From contig CAXXOK010000007.1 in NCBI GenBank assembly GCA_963664595.2, positions 293,287 to 357,286 on the forward strand: a stretch of DNA of 64,000 nt, read 5' to 3'. The notes under the pieces were generated by a model that saw nothing but the letters and a program-made list of their open reading frames with translations, had not been told where the DNA came from and searched no databases. Origin of the DNA: Candidatus Limiplasma sp. (GTDB lineage Bacteria; Bacillota; Clostridia; Christensenellales; Aristaeellaceae). Numbering within the stretch: the first letter of the stretch is position 1; each line of letters starts with the position of its first letter. Positions 37,835-47,684 of the stretch are shown here, one piece after another. The position numbers and the translations under genes are program-made.

Positions 37835-38749
37835 TCAGGCCAGTGAAAGCATGCGTTCCAAGCTCCGCCGCGCACGGTTCATCATGGTTTCATCCAGCGC
37901 TATGGCATACCGCGTAAACAGCAGGGCATCCCGGAGATCGGAAAGGGTCGTTTTTTTCATATCGGCGCATTCCAGCGTGGGCGTGAGCAAATGGAAGGCC
38001 TTGCCGGGGCTGTTCTTTTGCAGCTCGTGGAGGATGCCCTTCTCCGTGGCGATGAGAAACGCCGTACCGGAGGCCTGCTTTGCGTACTGCAAAATCTGCG
38101 CCGTGCTGCCGATAGAGTCCGCCCGGTCAAGCACCTCCCGCGTACACTCGGGGTGCGCCAGCAGCGCCGCGCCGGGATGGGCCGCCCTGGCCCCGTCCAC
38201 ATCCGCCGCCGTAAGCCGGTGATGCACGGGGCAGTAGCCGGAATGCAGAATGATTTCCTTTTCCGGTACCTGCTCCGCCACATAGCGCCCCAGGTTTTGA
38301 TCGGGCACAAAGATGATCTGCTTCTCCGGCAGCGCTTTTACAATGTGCACGGCGTTGGATGAGGTTACGCACACGTCGCTTTCCGCCTTCACGGCGCAGG
38401 AGGAGTTTACATAGCACGCCACGGCCGCGCCGGGGTGCTGTGCCCGCAGGCGGAGGATGTCCTCCGGCGTCACCATGTCCGCCATCGGGCAGCCTGCGTC
38501 CGGCACAGGCAGGAGCACGGTTTTGTGCGGGGACAGTATCTTGGCGCTTTCCGCCATAAACAGCACGCCGCAGAACACGATGATATCGGCATCGTTGTCC
38601 TTGGCCTTCCGGCTGAGGGCAAAGGAATCGCCCACGAAATCCGCCGCGTCCTGAAGTGCTCCCGGCTGGTAATAATGGGCCAGAATCACCGCGTTCTTTT
38701 CCTGTTTCAACCGCTGGATATCCGCCAATAGCTTTTTTGTATCACTCAT
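37835..38749 (-). CDS. nadA: Quinolinate synthase NadA
   Basis: 304 aa with ILAHYYQ, FMAESAKIL and three Cys ligand regions. First gene of nadA-nadB-nadC. Confidence 0.92.
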   Translation of the reverse strand: MSDTKKLLADIQRLKQEKNAVILAHYYQPGALQDAADFVGDSFALSRKAKDNDADIIVFCGVLFMAESAKILSPHKTVLLPVPDAGCPMADMVTPEDILRLRAQHPGAAVACYVNSSCAVKAESDVCVTSSNAVHIVKALPEKQIIFVPDQNLGRYVAEQVPEKEIILHSGYCPVHHRLTAADVDGARAAHPGAALLAHPECTREVLDRADSIGSTAQILQYAKQASGTAFLIATEKGILHELQKNSPGKAFHLLTPTLECADMKKTTLSDLRDALLFTRYAIALDETMMNRARRSLERMLSLA

Positions 38750-38807
38750 GATGCCGTTCCAATCCCTTTTATCCGTCCACGCGGCCTATGCGCGCGCCGT
38801 ATATGCA

Positions 38808-38838
38808 CAAAACAGCCGCTGCTTTTTACAGCGGCTGT
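38808..38838 (-). terminator. Rho-independent terminator after the BMP-family gene
   Basis: acagccgct / agcggctgt (38812-38820 / 38830-38838). The minus-strand tail is tttt. Confidence 0.7.
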
Positions 38839-38852
38839 CTGTATCCGGTATC

Positions 38853-39842
38853 TTACCGCGTGGATACCACTTCGATATCGCCGGTTTCGATCATCAGGGC
38901 CAGTTCGTCCACCTCGTCCTTGACCTCGTCGGAAACCTGCTGGGTCATGTCGTCCGTGCCATAGCCTATGCTGATGATGCCTGTGGACATATCGGCTTCC
39001 CAAATCATGCCGCCGTCAAAGATCCCATCATCCAGGTACATGGCGACCGTCTGATAAATGCTCTCGCCGATATCTTTTACCATCGAGCAGATGATGTGCT
39101 CGGGGTCGATATATTTCTGGTCCGAGTCCACGCCGATGGCATAGGTATCCAACTCCTCAGCGGCTTCAAACACGCCAAGACCGGTTTTTCCGGCAACGGC
39201 AAAGACCACATCCGCGCCCGCGGAATACAGCGCGATGCCCAGCTCCTTGCCCTTGTCGGGGGATTCATAATCCCCGGCATACACGGGCGGCAGCACCGTG
39301 CCATCGGGGTTGGCGTACAATGCGCCTTGCTCGTAGCCTACAAAGAAGTTGTTGATGGTGTCGATCTCCTCGCCGCCCACAAAGCCGACAATCTGCGTAG
39401 CGGAGGTTTTCATGGCGATATAGCCGGCCAGGAAAGAGCCTTCATTTTCGGCATAGGTAATGGACAGCAGGTTGTCTCCCAGGCCGTCCAGCCCATTATC
39501 CACAAAGATGAACAGGGTATCGGGCATCTGGGGCACCACCTCGGTGAGCGCGTCCCAGTACTGCCAGCCCACTGCCACCACGATATCGTTGGTTTCGGCG
39601 GCGTCAACCAGCGAGGTCAAATATTTCCCGGCGTCCGTTTTGCATTCCACATAGCTGCCGTCCACGCCGTAATCATCCACCAGCGCAAGCAGGCCGTCGT
39701 AGGCGCTGTCGTTAAAGCCGAGATCACCCAGCGCCTCGGCAAAGCACACGGCCACCTTCAAAGAGCCGTCTTCAGCCGACGCAACCGCAAAAACAGAAAA
39801 TACCAGCGTGGCACACAGAATAACAGATATCAGTTTTTTCAT
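38853..39842 (-). CDS. BMP-family (PnrA/Med-like) ABC-transporter substrate-binding protein
   Basis: Signal peptide, then LKVAVCFAEALGDLGFNDSAYDGL... typical of BMP nucleoside-binding proteins. No cognate permease or ATPase genes adjacent. Confidence 0.8.
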   Translation of the reverse strand: MKKLISVILCATLVFSVFAVASAEDGSLKVAVCFAEALGDLGFNDSAYDGLLALVDDYGVDGSYVECKTDAGKYLTSLVDAAETNDIVVAVGWQYWDALTEVVPQMPDTLFIFVDNGLDGLGDNLLSITYAENEGSFLAGYIAMKTSATQIVGFVGGEEIDTINNFFVGYEQGALYANPDGTVLPPVYAGDYESPDKGKELGIALYSAGADVVFAVAGKTGLGVFEAAEELDTYAIGVDSDQKYIDPEHIICSMVKDIGESIYQTVAMYLDDGIFDGGMIWEADMSTGIISIGYGTDDMTQQVSDEVKDEVDELALMIETGDIEVVSTR

Positions 39843-39903
39843 GAAAAAACCATCCTTTCATGCCCGGAAAACGCTATGATTGAGCGTATGGATTGCCGCC
39901 CCC

Positions 39904-39932
39904 ATTATACATGACCCATCATGTGAATGCAA
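39904..39932 (-). promoter_or_regulatory. Promoter TTGCAT-17-(TGt)TATAAT for the BMP-family gene
   Basis: Reverse complement gives ttgcat / 17 nt / tgtataat. Confidence 0.55.
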
Positions 39933-40095
39933 TCAAACCGTGCCATGATTTACGCTCCCAAAGCCGGTTTTTCCGAGGGCGGCGAAAATTTTCGGCAATG
40001 CGCGGTATGGCCGGGGCATCAAACGGCGCGGCGGTTCAGTGTTTTCGGGGCATATTTGCTGTCTGAAAGCCTTCTGCCTTTGCCGGGCTAAAACC

Positions 40096-40124
40096 TTGAC
40101 TTTCTCCATGCCAGCGGCTATGAT
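40096..40124 (+). promoter_or_regulatory. Promoter TTGACT-17-TATGAT driving the corA leader
   Basis: ttgact at 40096-40101, exact 17-nt spacer, tatgat at 40119-40124. Lies 230 nt upstream of the corA ATG. Confidence 0.6.
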
Positions 40125-40174
40125 AGCAGAGGGATATTATCCCTTTTCATACTGCACAAAAAGGAGGAGCGCAC

Positions 40175-40273
40175 GTGGACGCGGACCCATACAGTAGACA
40201 CGCATTTATTACCCGCTTCAACCAACCGAATATCTCGCTCCGAGAGGCTGTGCAGAGGAACGCGGCTGAGTAG
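40175..40273 (+). CDS. Candidate 32-codon upstream ORF (leader peptide) MDADPYSRHAFITRFNQPNISLREAVQRNAAE
   Basis: AAGGAGGA (40161-40168), a 6-nt spacer, then GTG at 40175. Open to the TAG at 40271-40273. Entirely inside the corA leader. Confidence 0.3.
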   Translation: MDADPYSRHAFITRFNQPNISLREAVQRNAAE

Positions 40274-40292
40274 CCGTCTGCGCCAATGATGT

Positions 40293-40350
40293 ATCTGCCT
40301 GCTCGGAAGCATTGCCGTCACCTTGGCGGCGTACAGAAGGGCAGGTTTTT
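40293..40350 (+). terminator. Branched hairpin plus T5 just before corA (attenuator or SD-sequestering stem)
   Basis: ctgcc (40295-40299) pairs with ggcag (40340-44) and encloses an inner gccg/cggc hairpin. ttttt at 40346-40350. The 3' arm covers the only SD-like GAAGGG. Confidence 0.4.
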
Positions 40351-40353
40351 GTG

Positions 40354-41286
40354 ATGAAAAGAATTTTTCTCACGACGGATGATCACCTCACCGAAATCAC
40401 AACCTTTGAAAAAGGCTGTTGGATTCATCTCCAGTCGCCCACCAGGGAAGAAATTCAGGGACTGAACGCGCGTTTTGCGCTGGATCCCACCTATCTGCAG
40501 GCGGCGCTGGACGAAGAAGAAAGCGCCCGTATCGACCGTGACGGCGATCAAACGCTGATCATTGTGGACGTTCCCTATGTGGAAACCGAGGAAAAGGGCT
40601 TCAGCTATTCCACGGTGCCTATGGGCGTCATCATGGTGGACGACGTAATCATCACCGTAACGTCCCGCGAGTCCACCCTCATCAACGATTTCACAGAGGA
40701 ACGCGTACGCGGCTTCTGGACGTTCAAGCGAACCCGGTTCCTGCTGCAAATGCTCAACCGCAACGCAAGCCGCTACCTGGCGTATTTGAAACAGATCGAC
40801 AAGGCCTCCGCCTTTGTGCAAAAGCGCCTGCAGGAAAGCATGCGCAACCGCGAGCTGCTGCAGATGATGCAGCTGGAAAAATCGCTGGTATACTTTTCCA
40901 CCTCGCTGAAGGGCAACGAGATTGTGCTGGAGAAGATGATGCGCATGGATATGCTGCGCAAATACCCGGAGGACGCGGACCTGCTGGAAGACGTGATCAT
41001 CGAAAACAAACAGGCCATCGAGATGTGCGCCATCTACCGCGATATTATGGGCGGCACGATGGATGCTTACGCCTCAATCATCTCCAATAACCTGAACATC
41101 GTCATGAAAGTTCTGACCAGCCTTACGGTCATGCTGGCCATCCCTACGCTGTTCGCCTCGTTCTGGGGCATGAACACGGCGGTGCCGTTGCAGGGCAACC
41201 TGTTGGGTTTTTGGGTGGTATGCGGGCTGAGCGCCGTGGTGACGGTGATTGTGTTTTTCGTTCTCCGCTGGAAGAAGATGTTCTAA
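40354..41286 (+). CDS. corA: CorA-family magnesium/cobalt transporter
   Basis: About 310 aa with two C-terminal TM helices and the GMN motif (FWGMNTAVP). Confidence 0.9.
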   Translation: MKRIFLTTDDHLTEITTFEKGCWIHLQSPTREEIQGLNARFALDPTYLQAALDEEESARIDRDGDQTLIIVDVPYVETEEKGFSYSTVPMGVIMVDDVIITVTSRESTLINDFTEERVRGFWTFKRTRFLLQMLNRNASRYLAYLKQIDKASAFVQKRLQESMRNRELLQMMQLEKSLVYFSTSLKGNEIVLEKMMRMDMLRKYPEDADLLEDVIIENKQAIEMCAIYRDIMGGTMDAYASIISNNLNIVMKVLTSLTVMLAIPTLFASFWGMNTAVPLQGNLLGFWVVCGLSAVVTVIVFFVLRWKKMF

Positions 41287-41328
41287 CGGCATCCGCGGCA
41301 GCGCCTGCGCACTGCCGCCTTATCCCGG

Positions 41329-41922
41329 TTACCGCCGCATGGGATCGTAGCCGGTTGGATAATGCCTTGGCTGCTCCGGCTGCGCGGCTTCCTGTCCGCC
41401 TCTGGGATCCGGATACATGGGCTGCTGCGCAGGCCCGCCGTCGTACCGCTGTGTTCTGCCGTACGGCTGCTGGGGTTGCTGGGGCTGCTGGGGCATGGTT
41501 CCCCGCGGCTGGGCCCCGCCGCGCAGCAGGCGGTTGGTTTCCATAATCCCATCATGGATGGAAAAGAGCATCATGATCAGCTCATACGCCATGCGGACGC
41601 CGATGGGTCCGAGGATCATCATCAGCAGCCCTCCGAAGAAGCTGCCGGAAACCATCGTGATGAATCCGTTGACGATGGCAAACAGAGCGCTGAACACATA
41701 CAGGAATTTCAGAATCAACGGGATGATGTAGTTTTCGAAGTTCACATGCGAAAAGAGTCTCAGCATGAAGCCCGAATACCGCGACCGTTTCTGCGCCCCG
41801 ATCAGAAAGATTGCCGCGAAGACCGTACCGATGAGCGCCAGCACCACACCGATGATAAATCCGCTTCCGATTCCGAGTCCGAACCCGCTAGGATAATAAT
41901 TGTATGAGCTGAGATTGGACAT
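41329..41922 (-). CDS. DUF4282-like membrane protein with a Gln/Pro-rich C-terminal tail
   Basis: Four hydrophobic helices, then PQQPQQPQQPYG...QQPMYPDPRGG low-complexity sequence. Confidence 0.6.
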   Translation of the reverse strand: MSNLSSYNYYPSGFGLGIGSGFIIGVVLALIGTVFAAIFLIGAQKRSRYSGFMLRLFSHVNFENYIIPLILKFLYVFSALFAIVNGFITMVSGSFFGGLLMMILGPIGVRMAYELIMMLFSIHDGIMETNRLLRGGAQPRGTMPQQPQQPQQPYGRTQRYDGGPAQQPMYPDPRGGQEAAQPEQPRHYPTGYDPMRR

Positions 41923-42032
41923 CTCATTCCCTCCCGTACTTTGTTGTTGTCGCTGCCTGTTTTTGTTACAATTATTATACCCGGCGCCTATTCAGCCGTC
42001 AACACCCTGCGGAAGATTGAAAGGAACGAACC

Positions 42033-43904
42033 ATGTCCGGTGAACTGGCCTATAAAATTTCCATGCTCCCCGACAGCCCCGGTTGTTATCTGATGAAAAG
42101 CCAGGGGCAAATTTTGTATATCGGAAAAGCAAAAAACCTGAAGAACCGCGTGCGGCAGTATTTCCATTCGCCGGAGGGCCATACGCCCAAGGTGCGCGCC
42201 ATGGTGGAGCGGGTGGACGACTTTGATATCCTGCTGTGCCGAACCAACTTTGAAGCGCTGACGCTGGAAAGCAACCTGATCAAAAAGCACCGTCCGTTCT
42301 ACAACATCCTCCTCAAGGACGACAAGCATTATCCCTATCTTTGCTACGATCCCCAGGAGATGTTCCCCCGGCTTGTCATCTCCAGAACGTATAACGCAAG
42401 TGACGGGCGCAAGTATTTCGGCCCCTATATCGGCGCCACCGCCGTGCGGCAAACGCTGGACGAGCTGGGACGCTATTTCCCCCTGCGCCGCTGCGCGCTC
42501 CGGTTTCCGCTTAAAAGCCCGCACCGGCCCTGCGTTTACTATGCCACGGGGCAGTGCCACGCGCCCTGCGCGGGCCTGATCACCCCCGAGGCCTATGATG
42601 AAATTCTCCGCAGCTCCGTCGCGTTTCTGGGCGGCGATACCGGGCCCGTGCTCCAGGCGCTCCGCCGCAGCATGGACCAGGCCGCCCAGGCCCTGGAATA
42701 TGAGCAGGCCGCCATGTACCGCGATAAGATTGCCGATGTGCAATCTATCGCCGAACACCAGCTTGCCATCCAAACCCGCTCGGTTGAGCAGGATATCATC
42801 GCCGTGGCCTCGGACGAGGTGGATGCGATCGTGCAGCTTGTGCACATCCATCACGGGCGCATGGAGGACGGCCAGCATTTTCTGTTGGATAACCAGGGCG
42901 GCACAGACGCGGGAGAGATCCTGTCCGGCTTTCTGCCCCAGTATTATGCGCAGGACCGTATGATCCCGCGCGAGGTGCTGTTGCAGGCCGAGCCGGAGGA
43001 CACCGAGGAGCTGGAAATGCTCCTGCGCGAGCGGCGGGGCGCGGCGGTGACGCTGCACACCCCCCAGCGCGGCGAAAAGCGCAGGCTGGTGGACATTGCC
43101 CAGAAAAACGCCGAGGACGCGCTCATCAAACACCAGCAAAGCAAGCAGATCAAGTTTCAGCGCACCACGCAGGCTATGCGGGAGCTCATGGACGCGCTCT
43201 CGCTCCCCGCGCTGCCGCGCCGCATTGAGGGCTACGATATCTCCAACACCCAAGGCAACCTGTCCGTCGGCTCGATGGTCGTGTTTGAGCAGGGAATGCC
43301 CAGCAAAAAGCAGTACCGTCATTTCCGCATCAAAACCGTGGAGGGCGCCAACGATTTCGCCTCCATGGAAGAGGTGCTCCGCCGCCGCTTTACCCATGGT
43401 CTGGAGGAGCGCAGGGAGCGGGAGGAAAAGAACCTGCCGTTTGAAGAAGGCCGCTTTTCCAGCTTCCCTGATATGATTTTGATTGACGGCGGTCCCCAGC
43501 AGCTCCTCTTTGCCCGTCGCGCGATGCTGGACTGCGGCGTGAACCTGCCGATGTTCGGGTTGGCCAAGCGAAACGAGGAGCTGTATCTGCCGGACCGAGA
43601 GGACCCCATTGTGCTGGATAAGCGCAGCCAGGGACTGCACCTGCTGCAGCGCGTGCGCGACGAGGCCCACCGTTTCGGCATCACGCACCACCGCGCGCTG
43701 CGCAGCAAGGCGGGGCTGCAAAGCGAGCTCAGCGCCATCCCCGGCATCGGCGAAAAGCGCAGAACCGCCCTGCTGAGAGCCTTTCAAAGCGTGAATGCCA
43801 TATTGGAAGCCGATCTGGAAGCTCTGCTGCGTGTAGAGGGCATGACGAAGCCCGCGGCGCAGGCAATCCTTACTTATAGTCACAAAAGAAAAAAGAACGA
43901 GTAG
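42033..43904 (+). CDS. uvrC: Excinuclease ABC subunit C
   Basis: GIY-YIG (GCYLMK..GQILYIGKAKNLKNRVRQY), UVR domain, endonuclease and C-terminal HhH. 623 aa. Confidence 0.95.
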   Translation: MSGELAYKISMLPDSPGCYLMKSQGQILYIGKAKNLKNRVRQYFHSPEGHTPKVRAMVERVDDFDILLCRTNFEALTLESNLIKKHRPFYNILLKDDKHYPYLCYDPQEMFPRLVISRTYNASDGRKYFGPYIGATAVRQTLDELGRYFPLRRCALRFPLKSPHRPCVYYATGQCHAPCAGLITPEAYDEILRSSVAFLGGDTGPVLQALRRSMDQAAQALEYEQAAMYRDKIADVQSIAEHQLAIQTRSVEQDIIAVASDEVDAIVQLVHIHHGRMEDGQHFLLDNQGGTDAGEILSGFLPQYYAQDRMIPREVLLQAEPEDTEELEMLLRERRGAAVTLHTPQRGEKRRLVDIAQKNAEDALIKHQQSKQIKFQRTTQAMRELMDALSLPALPRRIEGYDISNTQGNLSVGSMVVFEQGMPSKKQYRHFRIKTVEGANDFASMEEVLRRRFTHGLEERREREEKNLPFEEGRFSSFPDMILIDGGPQQLLFARRAMLDCGVNLPMFGLAKRNEELYLPDREDPIVLDKRSQGLHLLQRVRDEAHRFGITHHRALRSKAGLQSELSAIPGIGEKRRTALLRAFQSVNAILEADLEALLRVEGMTKPAAQAILTYSHKRKKNE

Positions 43905-43981
43905 CGCCTTCCTTCCTTAAAAAACCATGCTATACTATATGCGCATTATATGAGGCGCTTCCGCGCCGGAAAGGACCGCCC

Positions 43982-45355
43982 TTGCCCAAGGAAAAGAGCG
44001 TTTATGTCTGTTCCGCCTGCGGCTATCAGGCCCCGCGCTGGCTTGGCTGCTGTCCTGATTGCAGCGCCTGGAACACTTTTGAGGAGCAAACGGCATCTGC
44101 TTCCCAGGCCATGGGGAAAACCGCCGAAAAGGCGGCCCGTTTCCGTATGCCCTCCGCCGACGCCACACTGCTGCGGGATGTGGATGAAGCCCGTGAAACA
44201 CGCGTGCCCACCGGCAACGAGGAGCTGGACCGGGTGCTGGGCGGCGGGCTGGTGGAAGGCGGCGTTACGCTGCTGGGCGGCGATCCCGGCGTAGGTAAAT
44301 CCACACTGCTATTGCAGGTGGCGGCCGAGCTCAGCGCCCACCAAACCGTATTATACGTCAGCGGCGAGGAAAGCATCCGGCAGATCAAAATGCGGGCCGG
44401 ACGCCTGGAAATCAAACAGGACAAGCTGTATGTGCTGGCAGAAAACGGCGTGGAATCGATTTTGGAAAAGTGCGAAACCCTCAGCCCCGACGTGCTCGTG
44501 ATCGACAGCATTCAAACCATGGTCTCGGCGGACAGCGCCAGCGCCCCCGGCAGCGTGTCGCAGGTGCGCCAAAGCGCATCCGCCATCATCCGCCACGCCA
44601 AAACCAGCGGGGTATCGGTGTTTCTGGTCGGGCATGTTACCAAGGACGGTTCTCTGGCGGGGCCCCGGGTGCTGGAGCACATGGTGGATACCGTGCTCAG
44701 CTTTGAGGGTGACCGCCAGCACGAATACCGGCTGCTGCGGGCGGTGAAAAACCGCTTTGGCAGCGTAAACGAGCTGGGTGTGTTTGAAATGCGGCAAACA
44801 GGCATGTTTCCCGTGCCCAATCCCAGCGAAACACTGTTGTCCCAACGCGCGCGGGGCGCCAGCGGAAGCATCGTGTTCTGCACCATGCGCGGCAGCCGCC
44901 CCATCCTGTGCGATTTGCAGGCGCTGGCATCCCACAGCTTTTACAATATGCCCAAGCGTACCGTGGGCGGCATGGATTCTGGACGTATAGCGCTGCTGCT
45001 GGCCGTTATGGAAAAACGAGCCGGGAAGAAATTGTATGATCAGGACGTTTATGTAAATGTTGCCGGAGGGTTGGAGTTGGACGACCCTGCCGCCGATCTG
45101 GCGGTTTGCCTTGCCGTGGCCTCCAGCCTGGAAAACTTTGCCCTTTCCCCCAAGCTGTGCGTCATGGGCGAAATCGGCCTGTGCGGAGAGGTGCGCCCCA
45201 TCGCCAACGCCGAACGCCGCGTGGCCGAGTGCATGCGGCTGGGCTTTACGGAGATTATCCTGCCCAAACAGAACCTGAAAAATCTTACACCGGTCGCGCA
45301 TGCGTCCGTTACAGGCGTTGATACGCTGATGCAGGCCATTGCCGTCATCCACTGA
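43982..45355 (+). CDS. radA: DNA repair protein RadA/Sms
   Basis: TTG start. C4 zinc finger YVCSACGYQ...CPDC, Walker A GGDPGVGKST, KNRFG and a Lon-like C-terminus. Confidence 0.93.
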   Translation: MPKEKSVYVCSACGYQAPRWLGCCPDCSAWNTFEEQTASASQAMGKTAEKAARFRMPSADATLLRDVDEARETRVPTGNEELDRVLGGGLVEGGVTLLGGDPGVGKSTLLLQVAAELSAHQTVLYVSGEESIRQIKMRAGRLEIKQDKLYVLAENGVESILEKCETLSPDVLVIDSIQTMVSADSASAPGSVSQVRQSASAIIRHAKTSGVSVFLVGHVTKDGSLAGPRVLEHMVDTVLSFEGDRQHEYRLLRAVKNRFGSVNELGVFEMRQTGMFPVPNPSETLLSQRARGASGSIVFCTMRGSRPILCDLQALASHSFYNMPKRTVGGMDSGRIALLLAVMEKRAGKKLYDQDVYVNVAGGLELDDPAADLAVCLAVASSLENFALSPKLCVMGEIGLCGEVRPIANAERRVAECMRLGFTEIILPKQNLKNLTPVAHASVTGVDTLMQAIAVIH

Positions 45356-45380
45356 AAGCCATCTGGAAGGGAATAACGAG

Positions 45381-46556
45381 ATGAAAAAAACCCGATCAAT
45401 TGGTCAAATGCTCCGCGCTCTCATCACGCTGGCAGGCGCGGGAATCGGCGCGTTGGTCGCCACCATGGCAAAGCCCTTTCTGCAAAGCGCCTATCCTCAT
45501 GTTTTTCTTGGGCCGGACAGCCTGTTTTTTCTGTATATCGTCCTTTGTCTGATCGGCGCTGTGTTTTTATTTGCGTTGTCCAACACCATCATGGAGCGGG
45601 TCATGCACCTGAGCGGAAAAATCGAACGCCGATGGTCAAGCATGCCCACGCGGCAGATTTTGCTTTCCTCCGTCGGGCTGATTTTAGGGCTTATCGTGGC
45701 GGCGCTGATCCATCTGCTGATCCTGTCCATGGGCTCCAGCCTGCTGACCGTTTCCATCAGCGCCATTGTGTATGTGGTACTGGGCACCATGGGTATGCGC
45801 ATCGGCTATGCGCGCTATACCTCCAAGCCCTTTTCCAGACGCGGCCGCAAGCACCGCAACACTCTGGACATCATCCTGGATGAAACCATCGCCGAGGACG
45901 AGGACGAGCCGGAGGATACCCTGCCCGAACCGCCCTCCGCCATTCCGGCCAAAGTGCTGGACACCTCCGTGCTCATTGACGGCCGCATTCTGGATATTAC
46001 GGATACCGGCTTTCTGGAGGGCGATCTGATTGTGGCCGAGTTTGTACTGGACGAGCTCCGCCATATCGCCGATAGCGCCGATTCCCTCAAGCGCACGCGC
46101 GGCCGCCGGGGGTTGGATATTGTGAAACAGCTGCAAAACAGGCTGGGCAGCCGCGTGGTGATCCACAGCTGCGAGCGTGCCGACAACACCGAGGTGGACG
46201 TCCGGCTGCTCAAGCTCTGCCGCGAGCTGGGCGGCGTGGTGGTGACCAATGATTATAACCTCAACAAGGTGGCCCGCATCAGCGGCGTAAAGGCGCTCAA
46301 CATCAACGATCTCGCCAACGCCCTCAAGCCCATGCTGGCATCGGGCGAAGAGATTACGGTGGAAATCGTGCGCGAAGGCAAGGAGACCGGCCAGGGCGTG
46401 GCCTACCTGGACGACGGTACGATGATCGTGGTGGATCATGCCCGGACACTGATCGGGCAAAAGACCGATATCGTCGTGACAACGGTACTGCAAACCAGCG
46501 CCGGACGTATGATTTTTGCATCCCTCAAGGACAACGCAACCGGAAAGGAAGCCTGA
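45381..46556 (+). CDS. PIN/TRAM-domain membrane protein (YacL-like)
   Basis: The ATG at 45381. N-terminal TM helices, PIN (VLDTSVLIDGRI...VVTNDYNL) and C-terminal TRAM. Conserved position after radA. Confidence 0.85.
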   Translation: MKKTRSIGQMLRALITLAGAGIGALVATMAKPFLQSAYPHVFLGPDSLFFLYIVLCLIGAVFLFALSNTIMERVMHLSGKIERRWSSMPTRQILLSSVGLILGLIVAALIHLLILSMGSSLLTVSISAIVYVVLGTMGMRIGYARYTSKPFSRRGRKHRNTLDIILDETIAEDEDEPEDTLPEPPSAIPAKVLDTSVLIDGRILDITDTGFLEGDLIVAEFVLDELRHIADSADSLKRTRGRRGLDIVKQLQNRLGSRVVIHSCERADNTEVDVRLLKLCRELGGVVVTNDYNLNKVARISGVKALNINDLANALKPMLASGEEITVEIVREGKETGQGVAYLDDGTMIVVDHARTLIGQKTDIVVTTVLQTSAGRMIFASLKDNATGKEA

Positions 46557-46558
46557 TC

Positions 46559-47632
46559 GTGATACTGTTCCAAAGCGATTATCAGGAAGCCGCGGACGCC
46601 AGAGTACTGCAAGCGCTGCAAGAAGCTGGTTCCCGGCAAATGCCAGGCTATGGCGACGACACCCTCACCCCGCAGGTAAAACAGCAGATCCGCACCCTAT
46701 GCCAGGCCCCCGACGCTGACGTACACTTTTTTGTCGGCGGCACCCAGATCAACCTCACCGTGATCGCCGCGGCACTGCGGCCGATGGAGGGCGTCATCAG
46801 CTCCGATCTTGGCCACATCAACGTGCACGAAACCGGCGCCATCGAAGCTACCGGCCACAAGGTGCTCACGCTTGCAAGCACAGACGGCAAGATAACCGCC
46901 CGGCAGATCCAAACCCTATATAACGAGCACATCAACGACGCGACCCATGAGCATATGGTGCGTCCCGGCATGATCTACCTGAGCCACCCCACGGAGCTTG
47001 GCACGCTGTATTCGCGCGCCGAGCTGGACGCGATCCACGCCACCGCCGTGGCCTGCGGGCTGCGCCTGTATATCGACGGCGCGCGGCTTGCCTACGGTAT
47101 GGCGGCGGAAGAAACCGTCGATCTTCCCTATCTGGCAAGCATCTGCGACGCGTTTTCGATCGGCGGCACCAAATGCGGCGCCCTGTTTGGCGAGGCGCTT
47201 GTGCTGGACCGGGCCGAGCATTGGCCGTATTTCCGCTACGCCATCAAGCAGCGCGGCGCGCTGCTGGCCAAGGGATGGCTGTTGGCCCTCCAGTTCCAGG
47301 TGCTGATGACAGACGGTTATTATACGGCGCTTGGCAAGCATGCCAACCAGAACGCGCAGCGAATCAAGCGGGCGTTTCTGGACAAGGGGTATCCCCTGCT
47401 GTGCGATACCGCCGCCAACCAGATCTTCCCCATTCTGCCCAACGATATTTTGAAAAAACTGGAAGAAACATTTGCTTTTGCTTTTTGGCAGGCCGTAGGG
47501 CCGGACCAAACCGCCGTCCGTATCTGTGTGAGCGTAACCACGCCGCAGGAAAATGTTACGGCTCTTCTCGGCGCAGTGCAAGCCCTTTCGCCGTCTACAG
47601 TCCTTGTTCATGAAGAAACGGTCGGAAAGTAA
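46559..47632 (+). CDS. Low-specificity threonine aldolase / beta-eliminating-lyase-family PLP enzyme
   Basis: GTG start. DYQE...GYGDD, and FSIGGTKCGALFGE carries the PLP lysine. Confidence 0.7.
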   Translation: MILFQSDYQEAADARVLQALQEAGSRQMPGYGDDTLTPQVKQQIRTLCQAPDADVHFFVGGTQINLTVIAAALRPMEGVISSDLGHINVHETGAIEATGHKVLTLASTDGKITARQIQTLYNEHINDATHEHMVRPGMIYLSHPTELGTLYSRAELDAIHATAVACGLRLYIDGARLAYGMAAEETVDLPYLASICDAFSIGGTKCGALFGEALVLDRAEHWPYFRYAIKQRGALLAKGWLLALQFQVLMTDGYYTALGKHANQNAQRIKRAFLDKGYPLLCDTAANQIFPILPNDILKKLEETFAFAFWQAVGPDQTAVRICVSVTTPQENVTALLGAVQALSPSTVLVHEETVGK

Positions 47633-47684
47633 TCTATTTTTCGTAAACCATCGAAAGATAGTTAAAAACTATCCTTGACAATGT

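Noticed and set aside
38750-38852. NAD-responsive element (NAD+ riboswitch or NiaR operator) upstream of nadA
   Set aside because: The ~100-nt spacer is largely occupied by the terminator of the upstream BMP gene. I could not recognise a nadA-motif fold or a palindromic operator. This cannot be settled without a motif search.
40131-40353. M-box (ykoK) Mg2+ riboswitch upstream of corA
   Set aside because: I compared the leader with the B. subtilis mgtE M-box from memory. Only a CCAUACAGU-like 9-mer matches, and it sits near the 5' end instead of the 3' end. The GGUGAGGC and GCUAAAGCUC blocks are absent. I kept the leader as an unclassified leader/uORF finding instead.
31566-45352. Other long shadow ORFs (31566..32936 -, 34718..35983 +, 36309..38222 +, 38748..39914 +, 41988..43883 -, 44351..45352 -)
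   Set aside because: Each overlaps a motif-supported gene on the opposite strand (S-component/kinase, hydrolase/nadC, nadB/nadA, BMP protein, uvrC, radA) and has no SD or recognisable domain.
45381-46556. PIN-domain protein as a toxin of a toxin-antitoxin or defence module
   Set aside because: It has the YacL architecture (TM helices, PIN, TRAM) and the conserved housekeeping position after radA. There is no small antitoxin-like partner gene.
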